IMG/VR virus record: IMGVR_UViG_3300045538_000426
Coordinates: 32,001-96,000 of that record
Source: a virus
Length of the DNA: 64,000 nucleotides
Direction: 5' to 3' (one strand)
Part shown: piece by piece, positions 8,532 to 18,760 of the stretch
Position numbering within the stretch: the stretch's first letter is position 1
Layout: each line of letters starts with the position of its first letter
Notes under the pieces: model-generated
The model's database searches: none
What the model saw: only the letters and a program-made list of their open reading frames with translations
Told to the model about the DNA's origin: nothing
Made by a program: the position numbers and the translations under genes

Positions 8532-10314
8532 AGGATACTTCGGAACGAAGATTTATGAGGTGGTAAAGGACAGTCATGAGATTGTGTTTTTTACTGGTCG
8601 TGACATGATGGTTAGTTACGATGTAGATTGGGTGATAATCGCCAGCAGCACCCCTTCACATGGAGAGTTGGTCAAAACTTTCCTTTTTAAAGGAATAAAC
8701 GTTTTCTGTGAAAAGCCACTGACTTCAAATTTCAGCGAATCGCTGATTCTGATGGAACTCGCCGATAGGCTCGGTGTGAAGTTATACATCGACGATGTTT
8801 TTCTTTTCAACTCCGAATATATAAGACGAAAAGATGAATTCCGCGACTCAAATTCTTTGGTTTTTTCGTGGAACAAATTCGGATCATTTGGCGATAACAT
8901 AGTAAATAACCTCGTTTACCACGACATTTATTTGTTATTGGATATATTAGGCCCTCAGCGAATATCTAATTTTTCCACTGCCCGGAATAGAATAAACGAA
9001 AAGCAATATGGTTTTATATTTGGCAACGTTCCGGTTTACTTGTCATATGACAGACTCTCACAAGGAGCGGCCAGAAAAACTATAACGTCTTTGGATTTCG
9101 CTTCATCAACTTCGTCTGAGATAAACCTTTCTTCGCCCGAAAACAATCCCCTACGTGATATGATGGAACGGGTTCTGAACGGTGGTGTGGATTTCAAACA
9201 GAACACGGAACGTCACCGTGAAGTCGAACGCATACTACAATGTCATTTTAAAAATAACAAACCAAGAGTAGCTATCGTAGGCGCTGGTGTCTTCGGTGTA
9301 AGTGCTGCGATGGAACTAAAGGACGACTTCTCTCCGACTATCTTTGAGTCGGAGATGGACATTTTAACCAAAGCGAGTTCGATAAATCAGTATAGGATTC
9401 ATCGGGGATACCATTACCCACGGAGCGCGGACACCGCTTTCGCATCAAAGAGTGGAAATGATTCTTTTCAAAAGACATTTGACTGTAAATCGAATTTAGA
9501 AGTCAAGAGTTATTATTGTATCGCAAAGGATGGTTCGAGGACATCCGTGGGTGATTATGTGTCTTTTTTGGAAAAGACAGGATTGGAATTTGAAGTCACT
9601 GACAACGACAGACTAAAATCGGAAAATTTGGGCATTATTTTGAAGGTGGATGAAAAATTGTTTGACCCGACGAAACTGAAAACTGACGTGTGGAAGAAAA
9701 TAGAAGAACATGGTTTATCGGTTATATTGGGGCGACGATTTGAACGGACGATGGTTTATGAATACGATTACGTCGTCAATTGTTCTTACGCAAATATAAA
9801 TCATATCCTATCTGACAGCCAACGGTTTGATTGTCAATTTGAATTGTGTGAAAAACCAGTGGTCAAACTACCTGACTCATATAAGAACATGAGCGTGGTC
9901 ATTATGGATGGTCCATTTATGTGCATCGACCCGTTTGGTTCAACGGGATATCATGTGATGGGCAATGTAGTTCATGCTATACACGCCACCAATGTCGGAA
10001 AGTTTCCAGAAATACCTAAAAAATACGTTCCCCATATGAACATCGGAGTCGTTCCGGCGGACAAGTTGAAGGATGTTACTAACGTGGATAGGTTCGTCAA
10101 GTCAGCCTCTGTCTTTTTTAAAGATATGGATGCTATGGAACACATAGGATCGATGTTCACGGTCAGAACCGTGTTGCCTGAGAGGGACCATGATGATGCA
10201 CGTCCTAGCTTTATTAAACAACACAATGATAAGGTATACTCGGTCTTTTCTGGAAAAATAACTTCCTGTGTCGATTGTGCTAAAAATTTGAAAGAAATGT
10301 TGTTAAAATCTTAA
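8509..10314 (+). CDS. Fusion of Gfo/Idh/MocA oxidoreductase and FAD-dependent oxidoreductase
   Basis: N-terminal IGIIGRGYFG..FCEKPL; second domain VAIVGAGVFG, ASSINQYRIHRGYHYPRS and SGKIT. ATG at 8509 is the likely start. Confidence 0.8.
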   Translation: MRIGIIGRGYFGTKIYEVVKDSHEIVFFTGRDMMVSYDVDWVIIASSTPSHGELVKTFLFKGINVFCEKPLTSNFSESLILMELADRLGVKLYIDDVFLFNSEYIRRKDEFRDSNSLVFSWNKFGSFGDNIVNNLVYHDIYLLLDILGPQRISNFSTARNRINEKQYGFIFGNVPVYLSYDRLSQGAARKTITSLDFASSTSSEINLSSPENNPLRDMMERVLNGGVDFKQNTERHREVERILQCHFKNNKPRVAIVGAGVFGVSAAMELKDDFSPTIFESEMDILTKASSINQYRIHRGYHYPRSADTAFASKSGNDSFQKTFDCKSNLEVKSYYCIAKDGSRTSVGDYVSFLEKTGLEFEVTDNDRLKSENLGIILKVDEKLFDPTKLKTDVWKKIEEHGLSVILGRRFERTMVYEYDYVVNCSYANINHILSDSQRFDCQFELCEKPVVKLPDSYKNMSVVIMDGPFMCIDPFGSTGYHVMGNVVHAIHATNVGKFPEIPKKYVPHMNIGVVPADKLKDVTNVDRFVKSASVFFKDMDAMEHIGSMFTVRTVLPERDHDDARPSFIKQHNDKVYSVFSGKITSCVDCAKNLKEMLLKS

Positions 10315-10317
10315 AAT

Positions 10318-10887
10318 ATGGAACTAAACGAATTGCTTGCTCTGGTACCGGATAAATCCAAAGACCGAACCACTACCTCACATCGGTTTAAAACCGATCT
10401 GTATAATTTCTTCAAGAAACCTGAATTTGAAGATAAGACGTGCCTTGAGATAGGTTGTAAGAGTGGATACACCACTATCTTCTTGACGTGTGTATTTAAA
10501 TTGGTCTATGGAATAAATTACGATACCGTTGTTGCCCCTGATAATTTTTTGAAGTCACATGGGAGATCGAATTACGAGTTGTTTGCACAAGATGTCTACA
10601 AGCTCGGGCTGCCGGTTAAATCAGCAGACGTTATTTTCGTGGACGCGGTTCATACATACGATGCGGTTATCATGGATGTATCAAACTCATTAAAATTGAC
10701 TTCTTCTGGTAAGAAATATTTTGTGTTTGATGATATAGGATTGTACCCAGAGGTAAAATCGGCTGTTGATGTTCTTATAGGAAATAACATATTGAAAATG
10801 GAGACTAAAATAGGATATAGTCCATTTGAAACGGGATTTGTAGGATTCCTCAACGATTATGAGGGAGTCATTTGTTCCGAAGTATGA
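10318..10887 (+). CDS. Class I SAM-dependent methyltransferase (Methyltransf_24-like)
   Basis: CLEIGCKSGYTT, VIFVDAVHTYDAV and FVFDD. Confidence 0.8.
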   Translation: MELNELLALVPDKSKDRTTTSHRFKTDLYNFFKKPEFEDKTCLEIGCKSGYTTIFLTCVFKLVYGINYDTVVAPDNFLKSHGRSNYELFAQDVYKLGLPVKSADVIFVDAVHTYDAVIMDVSNSLKLTSSGKKYFVFDDIGLYPEVKSAVDVLIGNNILKMETKIGYSPFETGFVGFLNDYEGVICSEV

Positions 10888-11900
10888 AGATACATATAGC
10901 GGAAATAAACAAACACAGAAACGAGACTACGTTTAGACCCTATCTAGCGGCAGCCGATGAGTTGGCGCGGCACGGTATTCAGTTCGTTAATGACGAATCC
11001 GAAGCGGACGTTGTGTTTGTCGGACAAGCGTCAATTATAGATAAGAAGAAGTCATTGGAGGAATCTGCTCGAAACGGACTTGCGTTTCTGAAAAACATAA
11101 ATCGACCGTTCGTGGTGTTCGATGGACAAGATTCTTCTAGTTTGATAGGAACGTGGGATGTATGTAAAAACTATTCTGGTTTGAAGTTAGTAAAAAACGT
11201 CATCTTGAATTCTACAGAGGACTATAAGAACAAATATGAAAACGGACGATGGTTTTGGGGAAAATCGGAATGTGGTAACGGTGGATATGGAATAGATGAT
11301 GTAGAATCTCTGAAAGACTCGTTAATTTTAAGTGGAGTTAATTGGTTAAATACATACGGAAATGGATTTTCATTTAACGGCGTCAATAAACAGAAGAAAT
11401 ACGACGTTGCGATAATGATAGGAATATCACCTGAGAATCACGAACATGGGATCAGAACGGATGACCTTTATAACGAATCTCGAAAAAACCTATTTGGTGC
11501 GGCTAAGGACTTAAAGTGTCGGGTGGTTACGACTGAGAAGACCGGTAAGTTGAACAGAAACGAATATTTGGATGTATTACACAACAGCAAATTTTGTATC
11601 TCTCCATTTGGCTACGGTGAGGTTAACATACGTGAGATAGAAGCTCTCATGACGGGAACGGTAATAATTAAGCCGTCAATTTCAAATGTAATGACGAAAC
11701 CTTGGATTTACGGTGATGGAATGTCATTGACTTGTAAACCTGATTATTCGGATTTGGCTGAGATGGTGGAGACTTATTTGCCGGATTACTATAACTTTGC
11801 CGAGGGAATGTTGTATGAACAACACAAGAGGTTTCAAATGGACGCATCCAATGAGGCTGTGGCGGAACACTTAATTGTAAAAGTTCTTTCTAATCTATGA
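10884..11900 (+). CDS. GT-B-like glycosyltransferase (exostosin/GT47-like C-terminus)
   Basis: EYLDVLHNSKFCISPFGYGEVNIREIEALMTGTVIIKP; ATG at 10884. Confidence 0.65.
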   Translation: MKIHIAEINKHRNETTFRPYLAAADELARHGIQFVNDESEADVVFVGQASIIDKKKSLEESARNGLAFLKNINRPFVVFDGQDSSSLIGTWDVCKNYSGLKLVKNVILNSTEDYKNKYENGRWFWGKSECGNGGYGIDDVESLKDSLILSGVNWLNTYGNGFSFNGVNKQKKYDVAIMIGISPENHEHGIRTDDLYNESRKNLFGAAKDLKCRVVTTEKTGKLNRNEYLDVLHNSKFCISPFGYGEVNIREIEALMTGTVIIKPSISNVMTKPWIYGDGMSLTCKPDYSDLAEMVETYLPDYYNFAEGMLYEQHKRFQMDASNEAVAEHLIVKVLSNL

Positions 11901-12892
11901 AAGTAATTAACAAATTTTCTATAGGAACACATGTGATGTTCTATGAAATCGAGATGTTCTCGGATTTCATCGACGGAATGATTAATTTAATGGAGTCGGT
12001 AGATAACAAGGAGAACATCCACATTGATATAGCATTCAATGTTTCACAGTTCTTTGAGAAGATTGATGCTTCTAAGATAGACAAGCGTGGTTTGATAGAG
12101 AAGTTCGAGTCACAATTGTGCCGACTTATTCCATATGTCGATCCTACTACTTTATATTCCAGAATAATTGACGACGACTTGAGTTTTTATACACAAACTG
12201 ATTATCGTAGAGAATACAATTCAAAGTTTTGTAAGATGGTGGACTTTGTCATGTGGGGAGAAACTGATAGTTTTTTTCCAAAACAAGCATTTCAAGCACT
12301 TGATGTTCTTTCCGACTATGCTCGTGAGAACGGGGTAAATCGTTACGTTGCATGCTTTGCCGACCGCAAAATGTGGGATTCTAGTTGGGATGCTACCGTC
12401 CATCCAAAATATCTTAATCATGTATTTGTGGAATCTGATTTTGAGAATGTAAATCAAGCAAAATCGAAAATGTCGGTCGCTGACATGAATAATGTAAACG
12501 ATGACAGTGGTCCGATTGAACTAGCCCACATCAATTATCCAAAGATTGACGGATCGTGTTTGGTTATGAGCAGTGACTTCTTACGTTCCGGTATAAACAT
12601 ACCACCGTGTTTTATTCACAATGACGATGAGAGTCTATCGTTGGTCGCCAAACAGATGATGGGAGATGGTTACTGCCAATTCATTTTTAAGAATATATTG
12701 AAAGTTCACGCTAGGAGACACCCGAACAAGAGAACCTACGTCTCAAATGAAGACAACCCAAATGGATTCTGTAACGAGAAAAAGGGTGAGTGGTGGAGTC
12801 GGTTCATAAAAATGTCCCAGTATAACATTGGTATATTAATAAAGAACCAGGGAAAGTTTTTAACCTTTGAAGATTTCAAAAATAACACATGA
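11897..12892 (+). CDS. Probable GT-A-like glycosyltransferase
   Basis: WGETDS, KIDGSCLV and HNDDESL; translationally coupled within the GT cluster. Confidence 0.45.
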   Translation: MKVINKFSIGTHVMFYEIEMFSDFIDGMINLMESVDNKENIHIDIAFNVSQFFEKIDASKIDKRGLIEKFESQLCRLIPYVDPTTLYSRIIDDDLSFYTQTDYRREYNSKFCKMVDFVMWGETDSFFPKQAFQALDVLSDYARENGVNRYVACFADRKMWDSSWDATVHPKYLNHVFVESDFENVNQAKSKMSVADMNNVNDDSGPIELAHINYPKIDGSCLVMSSDFLRSGINIPPCFIHNDDESLSLVAKQMMGDGYCQFIFKNILKVHARRHPNKRTYVSNEDNPNGFCNEKKGEWWSRFIKMSQYNIGILIKNQGKFLTFEDFKNNT

Positions 12893-13566
12893 ATGATCTA
12901 AATGTTGTAATATGTATCGACGATGTTCATCCACAAAAAGAATGGATGATACGGGGCGACAAAACCGAGGCTTATCTAAATTCTCTCAATGAAGAATTTG
13001 GTGCTAAGTTTAGTTTATTCATTCCGTCATATTATCATTCACTTACCGCGATAAGTTTGAATAAGGAATGGATTCAATGGCTTAATCACCGAGGTTATTT
13101 TGAACTCTGTGCACATGGTCACTACCACGATTGTAAGAATAAAATGTTGGGTGAACAGGAATTCTTGGAATTGGATTATGCTGATGCGAAAGACAGAGTG
13201 GAACTTATTCTCAGTGAGTGGGACAAAGTGGGTCTTACGCCAAGGGGATTCCGTATGCCGGGCTGGGGATGTTCACAGGGTAGCGCCGAAGCCGTCGGTG
13301 AATCATTTGACTTTGTAGCGGCGCACCGTGACATAAATTTCAACATAAATTTTCCCACGAAGACTTTTTATGGATGTAATGGTATCCACGAAAATTCTGA
13401 GATAAACATACAGAAAGGAAATCTCGTGGTATTTCAGTCTCATATTTGTGGTGACTGGAATAAGAATACTTGGACTGATTCTACATACGAAAACTTCAGA
13501 CTTGTCCTTGACTATATCAAAAACGAGTATACAGTTAACTTTACCACGTTCGAAAAATTGTTGTGA
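12889..13566 (+). CDS. Polysaccharide deacetylase (DUF2334/NodB-like)
   Basis: IDDVHP, ELCAHGHYH, GFRMPGW and FQSH metal-binding motifs. Confidence 0.8.
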   Translation: MNDLNVVICIDDVHPQKEWMIRGDKTEAYLNSLNEEFGAKFSLFIPSYYHSLTAISLNKEWIQWLNHRGYFELCAHGHYHDCKNKMLGEQEFLELDYADAKDRVELILSEWDKVGLTPRGFRMPGWGCSQGSAEAVGESFDFVAAHRDINFNINFPTKTFYGCNGIHENSEINIQKGNLVVFQSHICGDWNKNTWTDSTYENFRLVLDYIKNEYTVNFTTFEKLL

Positions 13567-14495
13567 ATATAGCGTTTGTCACAGAGATGGGTTTTGTTGG
13601 AAAAATTCCCCGAGAGCACCTTAACATGCGAGTCGAATTCGCGTGGATGTGTGCGCTTGGTGCTGACCACTATCCCCACAACGTAACTCCACATAAAAAG
13701 TATGACATGATTGTGGTTATCCTTCCAAAAAAGGGATTGGATGTGTGGATTGAGTCAGAGGTGTTGCAGAACTTACGAGGTCACTGTTCGAAGCTCGCGA
13801 TAATGCAAGAGGGGCCACATTGGTATTTTCAAGATTACGATGTAAGGGCGCAGTTTTGGTTTCACTCGGCCATGTCTTCGGTAGACGTTATTTTCGTCCA
13901 TAACCAATTGGACAAGAAATATTATAGTGGAATTTTGGAAAATCAGACGATTCATGTTTTGCCGTCACTTATGATAGAGGATTCGGTTAGGAATTTCACA
14001 GTAGATGGTAGAGACGGAGTTATGGTGGGTGGGAATTTCTGTCAGTGGTATGGGGGATTTGATTCTTATATTGTAGCCCGTCAACAAACTGGACCGATAC
14101 GATGTCCGAGCATGGGAAGAAAACAACCACAAGAAGATTCTATACCAGATATTCAATATCTTCCATACCTGACGTGGTCAGCTTGGGTAATGGAGTTGTC
14201 TAACAGTAAAATCGGAGTTCACCTCATGCGAACACATGCGGCTGGAACATTCGCTTTGAACTGTGCGTATCTTGGAATACCGTGTATAGGATACGCTGGA
14301 TTGGATACACAAGAGACGTGTCACCCCGACACGACAGTTGCGTTAGCAGACATACCGACGGCTAAGAAATTGATGCAACGATTGTCGGACCCGGGAGAAT
14401 ACGAAATGTTGGCGAGAAAATCAAGGACATTGTATGAAAAGAACTATAGAGAAACTGTTTTTTTACAATACATGAAAAACATTCTAGGGGAGTAA
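13563..14495 (+). CDS. GT-B-like glycosyltransferase
   Basis: GVHLMRTHAAGTFALNCAYLGIPCIGY donor-binding-like segment; GTG start. Confidence 0.6.
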   Translation: MNIAFVTEMGFVGKIPREHLNMRVEFAWMCALGADHYPHNVTPHKKYDMIVVILPKKGLDVWIESEVLQNLRGHCSKLAIMQEGPHWYFQDYDVRAQFWFHSAMSSVDVIFVHNQLDKKYYSGILENQTIHVLPSLMIEDSVRNFTVDGRDGVMVGGNFCQWYGGFDSYIVARQQTGPIRCPSMGRKQPQEDSIPDIQYLPYLTWSAWVMELSNSKIGVHLMRTHAAGTFALNCAYLGIPCIGYAGLDTQETCHPDTTVALADIPTAKKLMQRLSDPGEYEMLARKSRTLYEKNYRETVFLQYMKNILGE

Positions 14496-14526
14496 ATTAA
14501 AACAAATTCAATGGAAAAAATATAGG

Positions 14527-14534
14527 TATTTATT
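14527..14534 (+). promoter_or_regulatory. TATTTAT-type motif (late-promoter candidate)
   Basis: TATTTATT ends 10 nt before the ATG at 14545 and matches the motif seen before late genes. Confidence 0.4.
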
Positions 14535-14544
14535 TGAGATTACT

Positions 14545-15408
14545 ATGAAATATACATTCAAAGACAAACTTTTTTTGGTCACTGGCGGCAGCGGATTTCT
14601 AGGAAAACCACTGGTTGCTAGGTTATTGGCCGACGGTGCAATGGTTCGTGTGTTGGCTAGAGACGAGGGCAAGCTCATCGAACTAAAACAATTATATCCA
14701 TCAGTTGAGATATTGACGGGCGACGTTTCGGATGAATTTGAAGTACGACAAGCCATGTTGGGCGTAAACGGTGTGTTTCACCTCGCTGCGTCAAAGCACA
14801 TAGGAATTGCTGAGAAGCAAGTAAGAGAGTGTATAAAATCAAATACGATAGGTTCGATGAATATACTGGCTGAATCTCTTAGAAACCCGGTGGAATTCGT
14901 CATCGGTATAAGCACGGATAAGACAGCGAAGGTATCGGGTGTTTACGGTGCGTCTAAGTTTTTGATGGAGAGATTGTTCAAACAATATGAACAATTGAAT
15001 ACTAAATGTGATTATCGAATAGTGAGATATGGAAATGTGATATACTCCACTGGATCGGTGTTGTGTAAGTGGAGGGAGGCAATTCTAAAGAACCAACAAA
15101 TCACGGTGACGGATTTAGACGCAACTCGTTTCTTTTGGACAGTAGACCAGGCAATAAACCTAATTTATGAATGTCTGGCTAGTGCTAAAGATTCTACTCC
15201 TTTTGTTCCTGAGATGAAAGGTATGAGTCTTAGAAACCTATTGATTGCTATGGAAGAGAAGTATTCTACTACGCCCGCTGTCAGGCCAGACTGGAACATA
15301 ATCGGATTACAGCCGGGAGAAAACCTACATGAGAAAATTGTATCGGATGGACCGGATTCGAGTCAGGTTCAACAATACGAGATCGATGAAATTAAAAACT
15401 TGATATGA
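14545..15408 (+). CDS. Polysaccharide biosynthesis NDP-sugar 4,6-dehydratase (CapD/PseB-like)
   Basis: VTGGSGFLG, FHLAASKHI, ISTDK, YGASK, VRYGNV, GSV and IGLQPGENLHE. Confidence 0.88.
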   Translation: MKYTFKDKLFLVTGGSGFLGKPLVARLLADGAMVRVLARDEGKLIELKQLYPSVEILTGDVSDEFEVRQAMLGVNGVFHLAASKHIGIAEKQVRECIKSNTIGSMNILAESLRNPVEFVIGISTDKTAKVSGVYGASKFLMERLFKQYEQLNTKCDYRIVRYGNVIYSTGSVLCKWREAILKNQQITVTDLDATRFFWTVDQAINLIYECLASAKDSTPFVPEMKGMSLRNLLIAMEEKYSTTPAVRPDWNIIGLQPGENLHEKIVSDGPDSSQVQQYEIDEIKNLI

Positions 15409-16271
15409 AATTCCTTATATTGGGCGGAAATAGATTCGTTGGGAAGAAATTAGCAACCAGATTGGTTTCCAAGGGACATCAAGTAACCGTCTTGAATCGT
15501 TCGGGAACCGGCCCAACCGGATGTGAGATAATAAAACACGACCGCAATCTTGGGTTTTCCGACCCAAAATTCGATGATTGGAATCGTCCTTTGGGGGAAT
15601 CTCCGAGGTTCGATGATGTAATAGATTTCTGTCTTTTTAAACCAGAACAAGCGGTAAGTCTGATTACAAAGTTTTCTCCACAACAGAAATACACATTTAT
15701 CAGCAGCGCCGCTGCTTATGCTGATTCTCATTCTCAATTGTATACCGAGTATATGCCTATCGGCGGTAGGAGCGCTTTTGGAGAGTATGGAAAAGAAAAA
15801 TCTCTATGTGAGTATGTTATTGAAAAGAATAATGTCAATTATGTGGTATTCCGTCCGTCTTATATAGTCGGCAACGATTGTCCAAGACCAAGATTGAGGT
15901 ATTACATTAACAGCATTTTGTCGGAGGGAAAAGCATTTGTGCCGGGTGATGGAAAAGCGTTATTTAGTTTAGTTTGGGTAGATGACGTAGTCGACACGAT
16001 ATACAACTACGTGACAAACGTCGACCGAGTGTATTCTGGACGAAGAGATAGATTTAATATCACCGGTTATGATGTATACAGTCACATCGGGTTGGTGACT
16101 GAGATTTCGGAGTTCTTAAAAAAGAAAGTGGATATTGTGTATGAGTCAAAAGACACACCGTTTCTAAACGAGAATTTTATTATCTCCCCCGCTAAACTCG
16201 GAGAGAGGTTCGTGCCAATAAAATATAGACTAATGGAATTTTGCGATTACAATGGGATTAGATATGAATAA
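15405..16271 (+). CDS. NAD-dependent epimerase/dehydratase
   Basis: ILGGNRFVG, ISS, YGKEK (YxxxK) and FRPSYIVG. Confidence 0.85.
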   Translation: MKFLILGGNRFVGKKLATRLVSKGHQVTVLNRSGTGPTGCEIIKHDRNLGFSDPKFDDWNRPLGESPRFDDVIDFCLFKPEQAVSLITKFSPQQKYTFISSAAAYADSHSQLYTEYMPIGGRSAFGEYGKEKSLCEYVIEKNNVNYVVFRPSYIVGNDCPRPRLRYYINSILSEGKAFVPGDGKALFSLVWVDDVVDTIYNYVTNVDRVYSGRRDRFNITGYDVYSHIGLVTEISEFLKKKVDIVYESKDTPFLNENFIISPAKLGERFVPIKYRLMEFCDYNGIRYE

Positions 16272-17409
16272 ACTATTAAGATCAAAACCGTATATTCCAG
16301 AAGCAGACATTCCCGCTATTGTAAAAAATCTCGAAGAAGTAGTCAGAAGCGGAATGTTCATACAGGGAAAATACGTCGGTCAATTGGAAAAATCATTTGC
16401 TGAATACTGTGGAACTAAGTTTGCTGTTGCTACCAACTCCGGTGCTACTGCGCTTGAGGTTGCTTTGAGAGCAACAGGAGTCGAAAATAAAAAGATAATC
16501 GTCCCAACCCAAACGTTTGTAGCCTCGGTCAGTGCCATAATACGGTCAAATAACATTCCGGTGATTGTTGACGTCGAGGAAGATACACAGAGCCTCAGTG
16601 CACGGATTATACGTGAAAACGTTGACAATGATGTATTCGCGGTAATGTGGGTTCATATGGCGGGCTTCATAAGTCCTGATTACTACAATATAAAGAAACT
16701 ATGTGACAGTCTGGGTATTCTTTTGATAGAAGATGCGTCGCATGCGGTAGGAGCATCAATCGACGGTATAAAAGCAGGTAACTTGGGATTTGCTGGTTGT
16801 TTTTCTCTGTTTGCTACGAAGATTATAACGAGTGGTGAGGGTGGGATTATAACCACAAATGATGCCGATTTTGCTGAGAGATGTAGGGTGATAAGAAATC
16901 ACGGATGTATCCGTAATCCAGCTCCTTATGAGGGAATTGATTTCGGAGTCAATTGCACGTATGCATCCTCGAATTATAGAATGCCGGAATTGTCGGCGGT
17001 AATCGGTGCGAGCCAGATGCCGAGAATAGACCTATTCGTGTTAAAGCGAAATGTCCTCGCCCTCGCCTATGATTTACACATCACAAATCCACGTATCACA
17101 AAACCATCCATACCGGATAACACAACTATGACTTGGTGGCAATACATCGTTTCTCTTCCGGAGGGAACTACATTGGAAGCCAGAACGGAATTATGCACGA
17201 CGTTGTTGAGGGATCATGGAATATCCACTGCGAATGCTTATTGGCCTCCGTGTCATGAACAACCGGCATTCAAGAAATACGTCGCTGCTGGTCAGAAATA
17301 TGAAGTAGCCGATAGTCTCCTTAAACGTCACCTTGCTCTTCCGTTATACGTTGAAATGGATTTGGAACAGGTGAGATTCGTTTCCGACGTAATCAATAAA
17401 ATTGTATGA
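16264..17409 (+). CDS. DegT/DnrJ/EryC1/StrS PLP-dependent sugar aminotransferase
   Basis: NSGATAL, IEDASHAVG, FSLFATKIITSGEGG and SNYRM. Confidence 0.93.
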   Translation: MNKLLRSKPYIPEADIPAIVKNLEEVVRSGMFIQGKYVGQLEKSFAEYCGTKFAVATNSGATALEVALRATGVENKKIIVPTQTFVASVSAIIRSNNIPVIVDVEEDTQSLSARIIRENVDNDVFAVMWVHMAGFISPDYYNIKKLCDSLGILLIEDASHAVGASIDGIKAGNLGFAGCFSLFATKIITSGEGGIITTNDADFAERCRVIRNHGCIRNPAPYEGIDFGVNCTYASSNYRMPELSAVIGASQMPRIDLFVLKRNVLALAYDLHITNPRITKPSIPDNTTMTWWQYIVSLPEGTTLEARTELCTTLLRDHGISTANAYWPPCHEQPAFKKYVAAGQKYEVADSLLKRHLALPLYVEMDLEQVRFVSDVINKIV

Positions 17410-18101
17410 AGACTATAAGTATTCATCAACCTAACTATCTACCGTGGTTGGGCTTCTTCGATAAGGTAGCCAAGAGTGACACGTTCGTTGTCTTCGATAA
17501 CGTTCAATTCCCGCGTGGAAAACAACACTTCGGGCATAGAAATTTGATAAAATCACCCAATGGAGAAGGTAGGTGGTTAACGGTCCCTCTTATTGGAAAG
17601 AGTGATATGAAAAACTTCAATGAGATTGAAATCAATCACAATGGATGGAACCTAGATCACTTAAATCTAATCAAATCCTTTTACTCCAAATCGACGTATT
17701 TCAGCAAATATTATCCAGAGTTGGAGACTATTTTAAAGAAACCCCACGTCACTTTGTCCGATTTAAATGTGGAATTGATAAAGTTTCTACTGGCTTCATT
17801 GCATATTGACGTGGAAGTGGTTCTATGTTCTGAGGTATGTGGGACGGACGTGTCTGGTGCTGACAGAATCATGTTCCTATTAAAGAAATTGAATGCGACG
17901 CATTATATATCAGGAACAGGCCCAGGGTCAGTGAAATATATCAACGAACAGGAATTCAAGGATAATGGAATAGAATTAATATGGCAGAACTATTCACATC
18001 CTATGTATAAGCAGTTATACGGCGATTTTGTATCAAATTTATCTGTGATTGATTTGTTGTTCAATCACGGTCCATATTGCCGTGACATTTTAGAAAATTA
18101 A
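17406..18101 (+). CDS. wbqC: WbqC-like protein
   Basis: IHQPNYLPWLGFF, WLTVP, ATHYISGTG and LSVIDLLFN. Confidence 0.92.
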   Translation: MKTISIHQPNYLPWLGFFDKVAKSDTFVVFDNVQFPRGKQHFGHRNLIKSPNGEGRWLTVPLIGKSDMKNFNEIEINHNGWNLDHLNLIKSFYSKSTYFSKYYPELETILKKPHVTLSDLNVELIKFLLASLHIDVEVVLCSEVCGTDVSGADRIMFLLKKLNATHYISGTGPGSVKYINEQEFKDNGIELIWQNYSHPMYKQLYGDFVSNLSVIDLLFNHGPYCRDILEN

Positions 18102-18102
18102 C

Positions 18103-18759
18103 ATGGCTAGAAAAATAATGGCAATAGGGGCACATCCTGATGATGTGGAATTCGGTTGTTCTGGTACTCTCGTTCGACATAAAGCTGACGGTGACTTCGT
18201 TTCATATGTGTGTATGACGGATACCGAATCCAAGGACGGTACGACTGGTGAACTTCTACGGACGTTGGAACAGAACCGAGAAGAGACATTGGCTGCCGCG
18301 TCGGTGATTGGTTGTGATTTTGTGGATTTTCTCCCGTTTAAAGATCTTCACGTTCCATTCTCATTTGACTCGGTGAGTATGCTTGAGAAGCTCATAAAAA
18401 AATATGACATAGATATGATTTATACTCACTGGGCCGGTGATGCAAATCAAGATCATATTTCTACATTTAGAACGACGATGGCCGCTGCTAGGTATGTTCC
18501 CGATGTGGTCTGTTATGAACAGATTCCCATAGCAAGGATGTCGGAAAATCAAATGGAAACGACGTATTACGTGAATATAACCGACCAATTTTCAACAAAG
18601 ATTTCGGCTTCCATGAAACACAAGAGTCAGATAGAGAAATACGAAAAACATGGTTTGGACGTTAGAGAGAATTTGGAAACGTTGGCTAAATTTAGAGGTA
18701 TACAAGCAAGATGTAAGTATGCAGAAGCATTTCACATCATTAAAATGGTGAAATCATAA
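18103..18759 (+). CDS. PIG-L/LmbE family deacetylase
   Basis: IGAHPDDVEFGC, E..AA, YTHW.GD.NQDH and YAEAF. Confidence 0.92.
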   Translation: MARKIMAIGAHPDDVEFGCSGTLVRHKADGDFVSYVCMTDTESKDGTTGELLRTLEQNREETLAAASVIGCDFVDFLPFKDLHVPFSFDSVSMLEKLIKKYDIDMIYTHWAGDANQDHISTFRTTMAAARYVPDVVCYEQIPIARMSENQMETTYYVNITDQFSTKISASMKHKSQIEKYEKHGLDVRENLETLAKFRGIQARCKYAEAFHIIKMVKS

Positions 18760-18760
18760 T

